Below, piece after piece: positions 29,365 through 40,003 of a DNA stretch of 64,000 bases. The notes beneath the pieces were generated by a model. It was not told where the DNA came from, searched no databases, and was given only the letters and a program-made list of their open reading frames with translations. Source of the stretch: a virus; the IMG/VR virus record IMGVR_UViG_3300034062_008235, positions 27,058 through 91,057 of that record; one strand, 5' to 3'. The first letter of the stretch is position 1. Each line of letters opens with the position of its first letter. The translations under genes were made by a program, and so were the position numbers.

Positions 29365-31752
29365 TTATGCTAATGTTCTTACTAAATTAAATTCGATAAA
29401 TATGAATTCGATAGCATAGACTGGCACAATACCTATTCTTGCTCTTAATTCATTTCTTGCGATTACATCTGATGTATTTAATTCATCATCACATTTAACT
29501 ACGAAATCTTGTGCCCCAGAATTTGCTACAAGCCTAGTAAGTATTTGAGAACAAGCGTTTATAAATGCAGACCTAGTTGCAGCATTATTTGGTTCAAACA
29601 AATAATTCTTTGAAATGCTCTTGATGCTTTTTTCAACATAGAACAACATTCTGCGGACATTGATTCTATCAAGAGCGGTTGGCGTTCTTTGAAGAGTCTT
29701 TTGTCCCCAAATTACAAATCCACCAACATCAGGATAACTAATAATTGGATTGATAGCGTTGTTATTGCCATACATTAAGTCACGTTCAGCTAATGAAGGT
29801 CTGCTGAACACATTATTGATATTTGGAACAACACCTCTAGTTAATCCAGCAGGAGCATACCAAGGACCAGAGATTGAATCGCTTTGACAAATTGCTGCTA
29901 GAACAGAGCCAGATGGTGGCACCCAAACACTGATATTATTGAAAGTATCAGTTATGTCCACCCAAGGGTAATACAAAGCAGCGAAATCAGTATCAAGTCT
30001 GGTATTGTTCAAAGGATGAACACCATTTTGCCAATTAACGATTTCATTAACTGTAAGACCAAATGGAGGGTCAATAATTGCAAGAGCGTCTTGACGATAA
30101 GATTCACAAATATCAATTAGTACTCTTACAACTGCTGTTGAGCTTCTTCCCGGTGTTGCTATCAAGTCGATATCAACTTGTTCTGGTTCAGAGAAAGAAT
30201 AAAGACCAGTGCCTGCGGTTGGATTACCGATGATTAAATCATCTTGTGTGTCAGGATCAACTGGAATGCCATCAGTACCACCAGTTAATAATAAACCAGT
30301 TGTAGACGTATTAGCAGGAGGTGCAGTAACAGCAGTGTTATCTGAAACTCTGATAAAGTTACTAACTGTATTAAGATAAGACTCAACGTAGAAAGAAGAA
30401 AGTTGGTTCTTGGTTAGATTTCCCCAAGATTCAACTTGTTGTCCATTATTGTAGACCTGCATCTGGAATGTGCCATCATAAGGATTAGTTGTAATAATTA
30501 CTCTTGTCTGATTGCCTTCAATACCGGGACTATCAGCGAAAATAGTAAAACTCTTTGATCCACTGCTGTTTGCACCACCAGTTACTTTGCCAGCTTGTGC
30601 AGTTAAACCACTTCCAGTAGCTTTTACAGGAGAATCACCAGTAGCAGTAATATTGCTTATGCCAAAAATGCTATCCATTGAGCTTTCTGATTTAACAAGT
30701 ATTTTACTACCTGAACCATAAGCTAAAGTTGTAAGAACAATATGATCAGAACCATCATCGGAAGCTACAAAGCCACCAGTAAGAGAATCAATCTGGGTGT
30801 TGATTTCATCAACAACTTCGGCTGTTGTATAAGGACCATTGTTTAGAACTGATAGATCGATAATTTGAACAACATCATCGATATTAACATTTCCTGTTCC
30901 TGTTACAACTACTTGCAAAGCGTTAGCCAAATCAGTTGGATCTAATGTATCAAAATCCCAGCTGCCAGCAGAACCTGAAGATGGATAACGATTTGTAGAG
31001 CCAGTTAATTCTGCTTGGGTCATGCTAGTGCCAAGACCAACAATACTGTTTATTCCACCGTATATCGAATTCTGGTGGGAGACTAATTCAATAGAAGCTC
31101 CTACGCCGTAAGCCCAAGTAGACTTAACTCCTAAAGTTTCGCTTGTTGTTGCTACAAATTGAATTCCATCAATCGATGGATTAAGCTGAGAGTTTAGATA
31201 ATCCACAAGTTCTTCAAGTGTATAATCTGTTGGATAATCTGGATTTGTTGTTGGATCATTCTTAGGAACAATAAGAATTTTGCTTGCAAGAATATTATTT
31301 AGTTTCCAACTAAAATAACCATCTTCGACAAACTCAAAAGTTCCTCCAGCAACTGGTGTGATACTAGGAGTTCCAGTGCTTGAACCGATAATATCAACAA
31401 GTCCACCAGTAGATGGAACTAAAACTGAAGCAGAATTTGCTTGAGTATTACTAGTTGGATCTGTGTCCGCTACTCTGGTAATTACAACCTCACTCGAAAC
31501 CCTAAGAACTTGCTGTGCAGCATAGATCAAATAAGGATCACTTGTGTCAGGATGTGGATTACCAAATTTGGTAACAAGATCAGTCAAAGTTCTTACACTT
31601 GTTGGTGTGTTGATCGGACCCTTGCTAGCAAACCCAATTAAACCGACCTTATGAAAGCTTGTGGTTGGGCTAACAAAAGTGAAGTCGTTTTCTGTGATTC
31701 TCACAGAAGGGCTAATTGTGTTGCTTGCAGGAAAGCCTCGTAAAGTTGCCAT
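29365..31752 (-). CDS. contractile tail sheath protein (gp18-like)
   Basis: SPSVRITE, GFASKGP, YYPW, VPPSG, WYAPAG..RG, WGQKTL, RINVRR, FEPN. Confidence 0.95.
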   Translation of the reverse strand: MATLRGFPASNTISPSVRITENDFTFVSPTTSFHKVGLIGFASKGPINTPTSVRTLTDLVTKFGNPHPDTSDPYLIYAAQQVLRVSSEVVITRVADTDPTSNTQANSASVLVPSTGGLVDIIGSSTGTPSITPVAGGTFEFVEDGYFSWKLNNILASKILIVPKNDPTTNPDYPTDYTLEELVDYLNSQLNPSIDGIQFVATTSETLGVKSTWAYGVGASIELVSHQNSIYGGINSIVGLGTSMTQAELTGSTNRYPSSGSAGSWDFDTLDPTDLANALQVVVTGTGNVNIDDVVQIIDLSVLNNGPYTTAEVVDEINTQIDSLTGGFVASDDGSDHIVLTTLAYGSGSKILVKSESSMDSIFGISNITATGDSPVKATGSGLTAQAGKVTGGANSSGSKSFTIFADSPGIEGNQTRVIITTNPYDGTFQMQVYNNGQQVESWGNLTKNQLSSFYVESYLNTVSNFIRVSDNTAVTAPPANTSTTGLLLTGGTDGIPVDPDTQDDLIIGNPTAGTGLYSFSEPEQVDIDLIATPGRSSTAVVRVLIDICESYRQDALAIIDPPFGLTVNEIVNWQNGVHPLNNTRLDTDFAALYYPWVDITDTFNNISVWVPPSGSVLAAICQSDSISGPWYAPAGLTRGVVPNINNVFSRPSLAERDLMYGNNNAINPIISYPDVGGFVIWGQKTLQRTPTALDRINVRRMLFYVEKSIKSISKNYLFEPNNAATRSAFINACSQILTRLVANSGAQDFVVKCDDELNTSDVIARNELRARIGIVPVYAIEFIFIEFNLVRTLA

Positions 31753-31753
31753 T

Positions 31754-31981
31754 TTACTTTTCTCCCTCAGTCAAAATATTATTTGGTACATATCTAGTCT
31801 TGATAAGACCCATTTTTTCTACTCTTTCTATATATGCAGTAGACCTTTCATCTTCTAAATTATAAATATTTTTTTTACATCCGATACCCGGAATATTTAA
31901 AGTTGTAAAAGAATTTATTTTTTTCTTGCTCTTTATAACAAGTTGAACTGGATGCTTGCAAATGTTTGTTATTTCTATCAT
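31754..31981 (-). CDS. small hypothetical protein upstream of sheath
   Basis: 75 aa coupled ORF. Confidence 0.65.
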   Translation of the reverse strand: MIEITNICKHPVQLVIKSKKKINSFTTLNIPGIGCKKNIYNLEDERSTAYIERVEKMGLIKTRYVPNNILTEGEK

Positions 31982-32976
31982 AATCGTGGTGCCATTTCCT
32001 CAATTTTAGCTATTACTTTGGTAATTTTATCTTCATCTACAGAATTTACCAAATCTGTTTTTACAACTTTGATCAAAGAATCATATATTTTTGCTGGCAT
32101 AGGAACGAATGTTTCTGCTGTTAAGCCAAATTGGAACTTTATTACTCTTTGAGCCGCATCGCCCGGTTCAGTATTAAGGTTACTAGCAATAGAATCCAAT
32201 TTAACAATCACTTCCTGCAAAACTCCTCTTACTTTTATGTACGCTACTAAACTGAATTTTGTAACTATTTGTTCAAATATTTGATTCATATCTTCTAATT
32301 GCATTGTCCAAACATACATTGTATAAGAAATATTAATAGGTATCCCTCTGCCAATCCCAAACAATGTAGACCTGTTCGAAAATTTTTCTGATTTATCAGG
32401 CTCTCTGCCTGTATAAGCATCCACATAACTCATTGCTTGATGATAAGTATATCTCTTAGTATCAAATTCATAACCAGTTGAGCTAATTGCCATCATGGGC
32501 AATATAATTCTGTCAACAACAAGTGTTTCATCTTTGCGAACATTTTTTTGCAGAATTGCAGCAACAGCTCTTTCTTGTGTTGCCCAAATTATTGGAACTT
32601 GAACTGCTTTTCCATCTTCATCAATTACAACAATATTTCTAAAAAGATCCATGACACCTTCGTCGGTGCCTCTTAATGCCTTTGAATATCGATAAATTGT
32701 ATTTTCGTTTAACTGACTAGCTGGCTCATTAACTATTTTTCCGGCTTGCATTGGATCACAGTTATTGGCTGATCCATTGCCAAGATTGTTGATAAAATTA
32801 TCTTGTAACCAGTCAGAAGCACCATTATTATTAACATTATTTTGATTATCAGGTTCCATGTGGCAATTCATGCCCGGAGGTGGATCAATATTATTGGAAA
32901 TATTTAATAAACTTGAATCTGGACAAGGATTAATTTGTTTTTCTTGGTGATTCATATTTTGCGCTGTGTTTGGCAT
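31978..32976 (-). CDS. gp15-like tail terminator/sheath stabilizer
   Basis: VPIIWA.QE, LPMMAIS, P.NISY.M..W....DMNQI.EQI. Confidence 0.75.
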   Translation of the reverse strand: MPNTAQNMNHQEKQINPCPDSSLLNISNNIDPPPGMNCHMEPDNQNNVNNNGASDWLQDNFINNLGNGSANNCDPMQAGKIVNEPASQLNENTIYRYSKALRGTDEGVMDLFRNIVVIDEDGKAVQVPIIWATQERAVAAILQKNVRKDETLVVDRIILPMMAISSTGYEFDTKRYTYHQAMSYVDAYTGREPDKSEKFSNRSTLFGIGRGIPINISYTMYVWTMQLEDMNQIFEQIVTKFSLVAYIKVRGVLQEVIVKLDSIASNLNTEPGDAAQRVIKFQFGLTAETFVPMPAKIYDSLIKVVKTDLVNSVDEDKITKVIAKIEEMAPRL

Positions 32977-33021
32977 AGAATTATTTAGTCTTATTTGTTT
33001 TAATTTTCACTGTAATAAGTT

Positions 33022-33858
33022 ATGGAAAATAAAACCAAAGTTATGTATCGCACTTACGGGACTAGTATTGCTCCTCGTAAAATCAAGATTGAAATCCCCG
33101 GTTTTGCTGGGGAAACAAACGATCATACCAATGGAAGTAAAGCTCAACCATTTCATTGCTTGCCATTTATAGATGGAAGTACCTATGGTCTAGAATTAGT
33201 ATATCACTTCAACACAACAACAATTGTTAAAAATGTAAAAGGAAAATTAATATTTGAAGGTGATTGGTCTAAAGAAAAATTAAATGTAAAATATTCAACC
33301 ATTCCACCTTTTGGTACATTTGCTGAAGGACATTACGGCTTTACGTCAAGTCTTGACATCATGCCTCCACCGGGACATATCGTCAGAATAGAACCACATC
33401 CAAGTTTTTATACAGACCCAACTTGGCAAACACCATGCGCTGTTCCCGGTCATATCCAAGGGGAATTTTGGAGTAGTATTTTCTTTGTAGTATTTAAAGC
33501 ACCTCTTGAAGGTCAACAGCAAATTTTTCAAAAAGGAAAACCTTATGCACAAATTTTCATTTTACCCAAAAAAGTAAATTATGAAATTGACGAAATGCCT
33601 GCTGAAATTAAAAAATCAAGAGAAAAAAGGAATGATATTATATTCAACAATAGAAGAAAAGTTGCTAAACATGTGTGGAAAGATAGTTTGAATCAAGAGT
33701 TTGATGACAAATATAAGCAATTAAAAACTATTTTTGAGAAAAAAGGAATTGCAGGTGTTGATGAATTTCTAGAAAAACTTGTAGCTTGCCCCGTGGTTAA
33801 AGGCAAGCTACGATATAAATTGGTAAATTATAATAAATTAAATAAACGCAAACCTTAG
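33022..33858 (+). CDS. hypothetical protein (DUF6065-like)
   Basis: CLPF.DG.TYGLEL, PG.I..EFW, G.PYAQI. Confidence 0.6.
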   Translation: MENKTKVMYRTYGTSIAPRKIKIEIPGFAGETNDHTNGSKAQPFHCLPFIDGSTYGLELVYHFNTTTIVKNVKGKLIFEGDWSKEKLNVKYSTIPPFGTFAEGHYGFTSSLDIMPPPGHIVRIEPHPSFYTDPTWQTPCAVPGHIQGEFWSSIFFVVFKAPLEGQQQIFQKGKPYAQIFILPKKVNYEIDEMPAEIKKSREKRNDIIFNNRRKVAKHVWKDSLNQEFDDKYKQLKTIFEKKGIAGVDEFLEKLVACPVVKGKLRYKLVNYNKLNKRKP

Positions 33859-34649
33859 TAGCCGCCTCCCATGCCACTACCTCCCATGCCACCACCCTGA
33901 CCGCTGCCGCCCATGCCGCCGCCCATGCCACCGCCACCCATGCCGCCGCCAAAGCCACCACCCATGTCTCCACCGCTCTGATTACCGCCGCCTTGGTCCC
34001 CACTCATGTTTTCCATGCCTCCCATAGGTGGACCACCCATTTCTCCTGCATTTGACGATTTTTCTTTACCTTTATTTCCTTCTCCCTTTTCATCTTCCTC
34101 TTCTTTATCCTCATCCTCGTCTTCATTCTCATCTTCATCATTACCCATAACGCTGTTTATCAAGTCTTCAAGTTGCTTTATCAAGTCCTCAATTTGCTGA
34201 CCTTTGTCTTCATCTGCGGATTTAAAATTTTCAACTTGATCTTTAAGAGTTTGCAAACATTTTTTAATTGTTTCTTCATCTGCTCCACCTTCGCTTGGAG
34301 CAACATTTGATTCATCTGTATCGGCAGGATTAGAACCATCGCCCATTTGAGCATCAAAATTCCCCATCTGATCTTGAGGAATTTGAGAATTAGCATTAAA
34401 ATTGCCACCACCCATGTTGCCGCCACCCATATTGCCGCCACCCATGTTGCCGCCACCCATGTTGCCGCCACCCATGTTGCCGCCCATGTTACCACCGCCC
34501 ATGCCTCCACCCATGTTGCCGCCCATGCCGCCGCCCATGCCGCCACCCATGTTGCCGCCCATGCCACCGCCACCCATGTTGCCTTGTTCTTGCATAATCT
34601 TATTTCTCTTCATCTTCATAATGTCGTACATTTCGAAAAAAGTCTTCAT
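33855..34649 (-). CDS. Gly/Met-rich disordered protein with central helical hairpin
   Basis: GG(G/N)M repeats at both ends, acidic tract, starts MKTFFEM. Confidence 0.8.
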   Translation of the reverse strand: MKTFFEMYDIMKMKRNKIMQEQGNMGGGGMGGNMGGGMGGGMGGNMGGGMGGGNMGGNMGGGNMGGGNMGGGNMGGGNMGGGNFNANSQIPQDQMGNFDAQMGDGSNPADTDESNVAPSEGGADEETIKKCLQTLKDQVENFKSADEDKGQQIEDLIKQLEDLINSVMGNDEDENEDEDEDKEEEDEKGEGNKGKEKSSNAGEMGGPPMGGMENMSGDQGGGNQSGGDMGGGFGGGMGGGGMGGGMGGSGQGGGMGGSGMGGGY

Positions 34650-34675
34650 TTTTGCTCCTATATCAATATGAAATC

Positions 34676-35212
34676 TTAAACAATTTTAAAATCAGCATCT
34701 TCAGTTTTGCCAACAGAACTTCCACTAACAGTATCTTCTTGGAATCTTTGGCAAACTAATTGTATTCTCAATGCATTATATAGTTTAAACTCGCCTAATT
34801 TTCGTTCAATAATGATCCAATCTTCATTAAGAAATGGAGTTTTAACTCTACTTCCAATCTTAGGTGGATGTCCAATTTCTTTCAAAACTGCACGATAATT
34901 TAATTCAAATGTCATTTCATCTGGAGAATCAATACCAAATGCAGTTTGCATATTTTGTGATGGAACTGGTTCGTAAACGCACCATAATTGTATTGGATTT
35001 TGACTGTAAATCTTTGCTCTTGACTCAAGATACAAAGGATCTACGTTGTTTATGTCAATAAATAATTCAAAGTAAAATAAAGGAGAGCCACCAAGTCTAA
35101 TCGTTTCTTCATCGTAAATATTAAATAAATCTCTTGCAGGATTCTGGTCATCAAATTGCTGCAAGCTTCCTGTCGGACAAAACGGTTTACCATCAGGTTT
35201 GTATATTGTCAT
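34676..35212 (-). CDS. gp14-like neck/head-completion protein
   Basis: DEETIRLGG, DPLYLE, FGIDSPDE, PKIG. Confidence 0.65.
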   Translation of the reverse strand: MTIYKPDGKPFCPTGSLQQFDDQNPARDLFNIYDEETIRLGGSPLFYFELFIDINNVDPLYLESRAKIYSQNPIQLWCVYEPVPSQNMQTAFGIDSPDEMTFELNYRAVLKEIGHPPKIGSRVKTPFLNEDWIIIERKLGEFKLYNALRIQLVCQRFQEDTVSGSSVGKTEDADFKIV

Positions 35213-35223
35213 AATATAATCCT

Positions 35224-35631
35224 TTAAGCACAACTGTTAAGAGAAATTTGAGATGTGATAAGAACTTGACCGCCACTACTGGGTAGTTGGAAAGGAGCAG
35301 CAGTAAATCTTTCTAACCAAAGCAATCCACCAGCTATGTTTGTTACATAATATCCATAAATTGTAGCACTTGTTGACATATTGAATGTTTGTTCAGGATA
35401 ACTAGCTGTAGTAATTCCGCCAACTGATGTTGAAACGCTCCAACTTGAAGAAGTAAGAGTTATGGCAGAATAGCCTGTTGATGTCACTTCAGTAATATCT
35501 CCAACTGTAGTATTGGAACTTGGTGTTAAATTATTTGAATAAAGATGTAAAATTGTATTTGTGGGAGTAGCTATATTAAGCATGTTATTCAAAATGGTAA
35601 CTTCGCTAACATTTGGTATTACGAGAGCCAT
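35224..35631 (-). CDS. putative virion structural protein
   Basis: LHLYSN..TP, GY..ITL...W, IYGYYV; Ser/Thr-rich. Confidence 0.6.
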   Translation of the reverse strand: MALVIPNVSEVTILNNMLNIATPTNTILHLYSNNLTPSSNTTVGDITEVTSTGYSAITLTSSSWSVSTSVGGITTASYPEQTFNMSTSATIYGYYVTNIAGGLLWLERFTAAPFQLPSSGGQVLITSQISLNSCA

Positions 35632-35666
35632 AAAATTCTCCTTCTATTTACTAATAATATATAGTC

Positions 35667-36266
35667 ATGGCAGTGTACAAAAAAGATGGAAGTGTTTATA
35701 AATTGACTGGACCAAACATTTTAATGTTTACCCAAGACAATTGGGGCGCATTTACGACTCATAATTTGAAAAATTTATCCAACTTTAAAATAGAATCTAA
35801 TATTCCGCATGTTGTATTAGGATCTAGGAAAGAATCAAAACCTCCTGAACAGCCAAAAATCATTGAAGAAAAGCCAGAAATTAAACTTTCAGAAAAAAAC
35901 AATCAAAAAAAACTTGTTATTCCTGAAAATTCAAAATTTATTCAAAAAACAAAAAATGAATATGAAGATTTTGAAAAAACAATTATACATTGTGCTTTAG
36001 CAAAAATGGAAGAAAAAAAAGATAGTCTTTATGGTGACGTAGCTGTTAAAACGAAATTTGTTGAAAAATTTACATTTGAATCAATTGTTTTGTCTTTAAA
36101 TGATTTTACGTTTATTTTTTGGACAATGCTAGACAAACTAACAGTTGGTTCTGTTCTTTATCCACAAGATGACTCAAAAAGATGGTGGGAAATAAAAGAA
36201 ATTGAAAGTGTTCCCGGTGGTTACAAAGTTGTTTGTGTAATCGCTAGAAACACTCCTTCTTTTTAA
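35667..36266 (+). CDS. hypothetical protein
   Basis: 199 aa; N-terminus (YKKDG) resembles that of the gp14-like gene. Confidence 0.7.
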   Translation: MAVYKKDGSVYKLTGPNILMFTQDNWGAFTTHNLKNLSNFKIESNIPHVVLGSRKESKPPEQPKIIEEKPEIKLSEKNNQKKLVIPENSKFIQKTKNEYEDFEKTIIHCALAKMEEKKDSLYGDVAVKTKFVEKFTFESIVLSLNDFTFIFWTMLDKLTVGSVLYPQDDSKRWWEIKEIESVPGGYKVVCVIARNTPSF

Positions 36267-38257
36267 CCTCTCATTGTATCGTTTATTGCTTCTTGCATTC
36301 TTTGCATGACAGCATTTACATTTGATGCCTGACCAATTCTTGTTTTTTTTGTACCTGATGAACCCAAATTTTTCTCTGAAAGCCTATCACATATATCCAT
36401 AATCAAAAATCTTAAAGTTCTTTCTATTATGTTATAAGTTTCTGCTTCATTTGCTTCTTCTATATCAAATTTTCCTATATTTCTTAATGCTTTGTCTCTA
36501 ATAAGTTTTTTGAATAATTCATATGCTTGAGGATGTGTTACTACTTGATTATTATTGACAAATGTTTTAAATATTATGTTATATGGTCCTCTATAATTAC
36601 CTTTTATATAACTTTTTACAAATGCATCAAAATGATTTTGTCGATTATTTAAATAACTCATTAATTGGTTTAAACTGTTATTCAAGTTAGTTAACCTTGC
36701 ACCAACATCTAATTGAAAGTTACTATTAGGATGAACACCGCCAGCAATGGTTAAACCTCTTTTGTCTAATTCTTCTGGAATAGATTCTCTATTTGAAAAT
36801 TGATAAAATATTTTTTTCCTTTTTTTGCCTTTTTTACCTTTTTCTGCAATTTCTCTAACATTATAATGATGTCCAACTGCGTTTTCTCTGTCTAGCCTTG
36901 CAATAAGGTCTCTTAAAGTTCTAACCATTTGTGGGTTATTTTCTTTTTTTGCAGCATCAATTTTTTCTCTTAATTTGGCTTTAGCAACATCAATATTAAA
37001 TAAAATTTTTCCACTATGAAGTTCTGGAATAACATCCCCTTCTATGTCAATATTTGGCTCACTTGGATGTGTTAATTCTGTTCCTTTTTCTGGATCAATT
37101 ACGTTACCATGATATCCTTCAATTTTATAACTAAGAAGATCTATGTCGGCTAATGATGTAGACAATTCTCTTTCAAGAGGATTATGAACATTTGAACATA
37201 TAGTTATTAATTGTTCTAATTGGTCATCAGTAAAATTATGAGCATCTTCATTTCCTATTACTCTTTGTAAAGCATCAGGAAATCTGCCTGACATTGCGAA
37301 TCGGTAAGCATAGGCAGTTCCTGTTGGAGTTTCAATCATTAAATTAAATTTATTTCTTAAAAAATTAAAACTTGCTTGATCAATACCTTCTTCTGTTTCT
37401 AGCATTTTTTCTAGACGGTTGATATAAGCTTTGTAATAATTTGTTAAAGCTGGTTTATAAATTACTTTGTCTGCTAAGTCAACAGCCTCCCTACCAGCCA
37501 AATAACGTGTTCTTGGTCTTATTCTATGTGCTTCTTGATCTGCAATAGATCTTGGTTCGTTTAATAGTGATTGTGCTGAAAAACCAACCCATTTTTGCAA
37601 ATTTTCTATAATTTGATCTTTTTCAGGACAAGTAAAACCATTTGTATACCAACTACCATCTTGTTGATCATCTGGAATACTAGGATCAAAATTACTAATT
37701 GAGCTTAAGTCAAATCCTCTGTCACTTGATCCTTTTGGTCCTTCAATTCTTGTAACTAATTCTGCAATATAATTATTTCTTATTGTATGACTGTCTTCAT
37801 TAGTGCTATGTCTATGCCTTCTTGCAAAAGTATACAGAGTCCTTCCGTATGTTATATTCATCCATGCACCACCACCATCTGGTCTTTCGGATAAAAACAT
37901 ATCGACAGCATTTTTTGCATTATCATAAGCACTATCTTGAATTCTCACTGTTTCTTCTTCCGTATCACCTGTAGGATGGTCAAGATTGCCTAATATGATA
38001 TCTTGTCTGAATCTTATTAGGTCATAATAATTTAATTGGACAGGATTACCTTTTGGGTTTTTTAGTCCTTCTAAAGGTCTGCTTCTTGCTTCTTCTCTTT
38101 TTAACAAAGCGGTTGGTAAATCAACGCAATAACGCTGAGCAATAGCCTTTTCCCATAGTCTTGCTGGGAATTGTTTAAGGAATTTCATATCATCATCGCC
38201 AAATAAATGAAAGTCATGATTAATATGTCCAGCAAAGTATTCACTAAAAAGTTTCAT
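36263..38257 (-). CDS. large hypothetical protein with CTS-like N-terminus
   Basis: 664 aa, starts MKLFSEYF. Confidence 0.8.
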   Translation of the reverse strand: MKLFSEYFAGHINHDFHLFGDDDMKFLKQFPARLWEKAIAQRYCVDLPTALLKREEARSRPLEGLKNPKGNPVQLNYYDLIRFRQDIILGNLDHPTGDTEEETVRIQDSAYDNAKNAVDMFLSERPDGGGAWMNITYGRTLYTFARRHRHSTNEDSHTIRNNYIAELVTRIEGPKGSSDRGFDLSSISNFDPSIPDDQQDGSWYTNGFTCPEKDQIIENLQKWVGFSAQSLLNEPRSIADQEAHRIRPRTRYLAGREAVDLADKVIYKPALTNYYKAYINRLEKMLETEEGIDQASFNFLRNKFNLMIETPTGTAYAYRFAMSGRFPDALQRVIGNEDAHNFTDDQLEQLITICSNVHNPLERELSTSLADIDLLSYKIEGYHGNVIDPEKGTELTHPSEPNIDIEGDVIPELHSGKILFNIDVAKAKLREKIDAAKKENNPQMVRTLRDLIARLDRENAVGHHYNVREIAEKGKKGKKRKKIFYQFSNRESIPEELDKRGLTIAGGVHPNSNFQLDVGARLTNLNNSLNQLMSYLNNRQNHFDAFVKSYIKGNYRGPYNIIFKTFVNNNQVVTHPQAYELFKKLIRDKALRNIGKFDIEEANEAETYNIIERTLRFLIMDICDRLSEKNLGSSGTKKTRIGQASNVNAVMQRMQEAINDTMRG

Positions 38258-38297
38258 ACATTTTCCTCAATTTTATTCTTTCTTTATATATATCAAC

Positions 38298-39185
38298 ATG
38301 GGAAATTCTTGTGCTTCAAATACGATGTACTTTAAGCGACCAACTGCTGAGTCGCAAAATTGTAGTACAAATAATTTTAATCTTGGCGTTTCTGATCCTT
38401 TAGATATTGGAGAATTGAGTCCTAGACCAAATAGGACAAAAGTTAAGTCACAATTAAGAGATTATATCCTTTTAATGTTGGGTGCGCCTGTTGTTACTAT
38501 TGAACTTGATAGTCAGCAATTAGATGCAGCTGTTGATTTATCCATGCAAATTTACGAAGATTATGCACCAAGAGAATTTTTTCAATATCATGTGTTTAAT
38601 TCTGTTCCCGGTAAAAGTATTTATACATTACCACCTGATGTTGGTTTTGTTAGAAATGTATTTTACAAACAAATGGCAACATTTAGTTTTAGTTCGTCTG
38701 ATCTTGGTGGGGCAATACCTATTGAATATTTTTATCCCGGTGGCGCATACGCATCAATTACAGGTGGCATGATTGACTCTGTGACACCTATTTGGGGTCG
38801 TGTTGGGGAATGGAGTCTTTATAAAGAATACGAAAGAACTTATGCTCGAAGTGCTAGTAATTTAGGTGGTTGGGAATGGTTAGGCGATTATCAAAATATC
38901 AAACTTTATCCAATTCCAAGAAGTCCAGTTGCGGTTATTGTTCATTATATACAAAAGAACAAGGATTGGCAGCGTGTGAACCAAGCAATGCAAGAAGGCG
39001 CTTTAGCTCACGCAAAGATTATGCTTGGTCGAATCAGAAGCAAGTATACTACTTTACCCGGTGCTCAAGGTGGTGTGCAACTTGATGGTAAGGATTTGAT
39101 AACTGAAGGAATCCAAGAGAAAAAAGATTGGGAAGAAAGATTGATTAACAGGTATGGAGATATTCCTTATATTTCTATGGGATAA
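38298..39185 (+). CDS. gp13-like neck protein
   Basis: LGAPVVTIELD..QLD.AVD, AK.MLGR.RSKY..LPG..GGV.LDG. Confidence 0.85.
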   Translation: MGNSCASNTMYFKRPTAESQNCSTNNFNLGVSDPLDIGELSPRPNRTKVKSQLRDYILLMLGAPVVTIELDSQQLDAAVDLSMQIYEDYAPREFFQYHVFNSVPGKSIYTLPPDVGFVRNVFYKQMATFSFSSSDLGGAIPIEYFYPGGAYASITGGMIDSVTPIWGRVGEWSLYKEYERTYARSASNLGGWEWLGDYQNIKLYPIPRSPVAVIVHYIQKNKDWQRVNQAMQEGALAHAKIMLGRIRSKYTTLPGAQGGVQLDGKDLITEGIQEKKDWEERLINRYGDIPYISMG

Positions 39186-39189
39186 AAAA

Positions 39190-39639
39190 ATGAATAATAA
39201 AAATCAAAAATTTGATGAAGGATCACAGAATTCAAGATATTCTGTTGAAGTCAATTTTGATACGACTAAAGATGATTGTTTAATTTCTTACGCAAAGATT
39301 ATGCTTGGTTATATTAGCGCCGCTATGAAGAAAATGAATTATCATGTAAAATTAGTGTTTTCAGAAAATCCGTTAAGATTAATTGTTGCTTCTAGAAATT
39401 GGGATGATGGTGAATGGGTGGGGATGATTTCTTATAACGAAGGAAAAGACCATTTCACTATTTCAAAAGGTTTTTACAATAAACTTAATAAAACTGTTTC
39501 TGTTGAAGAAACAAATGTTCTTGAAAATCCTATAAATGCAAAAATTTTGTCCCACAAATTGCGGGACATAATGAAAAATTTGGAAGACAAAAAAGATCGT
39601 TTCGTGCCTAGTTTCAAAAAATTAAGAATTAATCAGTAA
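39190..39639 (+). CDS. hypothetical protein
   Basis: ATG 39190 after the neck gene. Confidence 0.7.
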   Translation: MNNKNQKFDEGSQNSRYSVEVNFDTTKDDCLISYAKIMLGYISAAMKKMNYHVKLVFSENPLRLIVASRNWDDGEWVGMISYNEGKDHFTISKGFYNKLNKTVSVEETNVLENPINAKILSHKLRDIMKNLEDKKDRFVPSFKKLRINQ

Positions 39640-39988
39640 CAATTTTAATTCCAGAAGCTGGACTTTCGACAAGGAGGATTGGTTCTGCACCTTCACCCTC
39701 ATTTTCGTTTAGAAGCTTCTTCTTACCAACAGTAACATGTTCCACTTTACCTTCATTTGTAATAACAGGTGGTTGATCAAGAATTAATTTACTTTCCACA
39801 ATAACCTCTTTTCTTACATGAGGACCAATATACCTAAGCATTCCAACCTTGACATATTCTTGAAAACTTTTGTCAGCAGCAAATTTTGCTCTTGGCTTTA
39901 TAATTGTTAAGCCTTTGTGAGCAGGCTTGGGAAGCATCAAATCATAGTCATGATGATTTTCAAAAATATGCAGTTCTGGATTGTTCAT
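39629..39988 (-). CDS. hypothetical protein
   Basis: Start revised to MNNPELH at 39988. Confidence 0.65.
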   Translation of the reverse strand: MNNPELHIFENHHDYDLMLPKPAHKGLTIIKPRAKFAADKSFQEYVKVGMLRYIGPHVRKEVIVESKLILDQPPVITNEGKVEHVTVGKKKLLNENEGEGAEPILLVESPASGIKIVTD

Positions 39989-40003
39989 AACTATATAATA
40001 GTC

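Noticed and set aside
33797-34679. Alternative-frame ORFs (WAAAW, HVAAT, MPPP repeats)
   Set aside because: By-products of the stop-free GGM repeat; the minus-strand frame has the RBS and unique domain.
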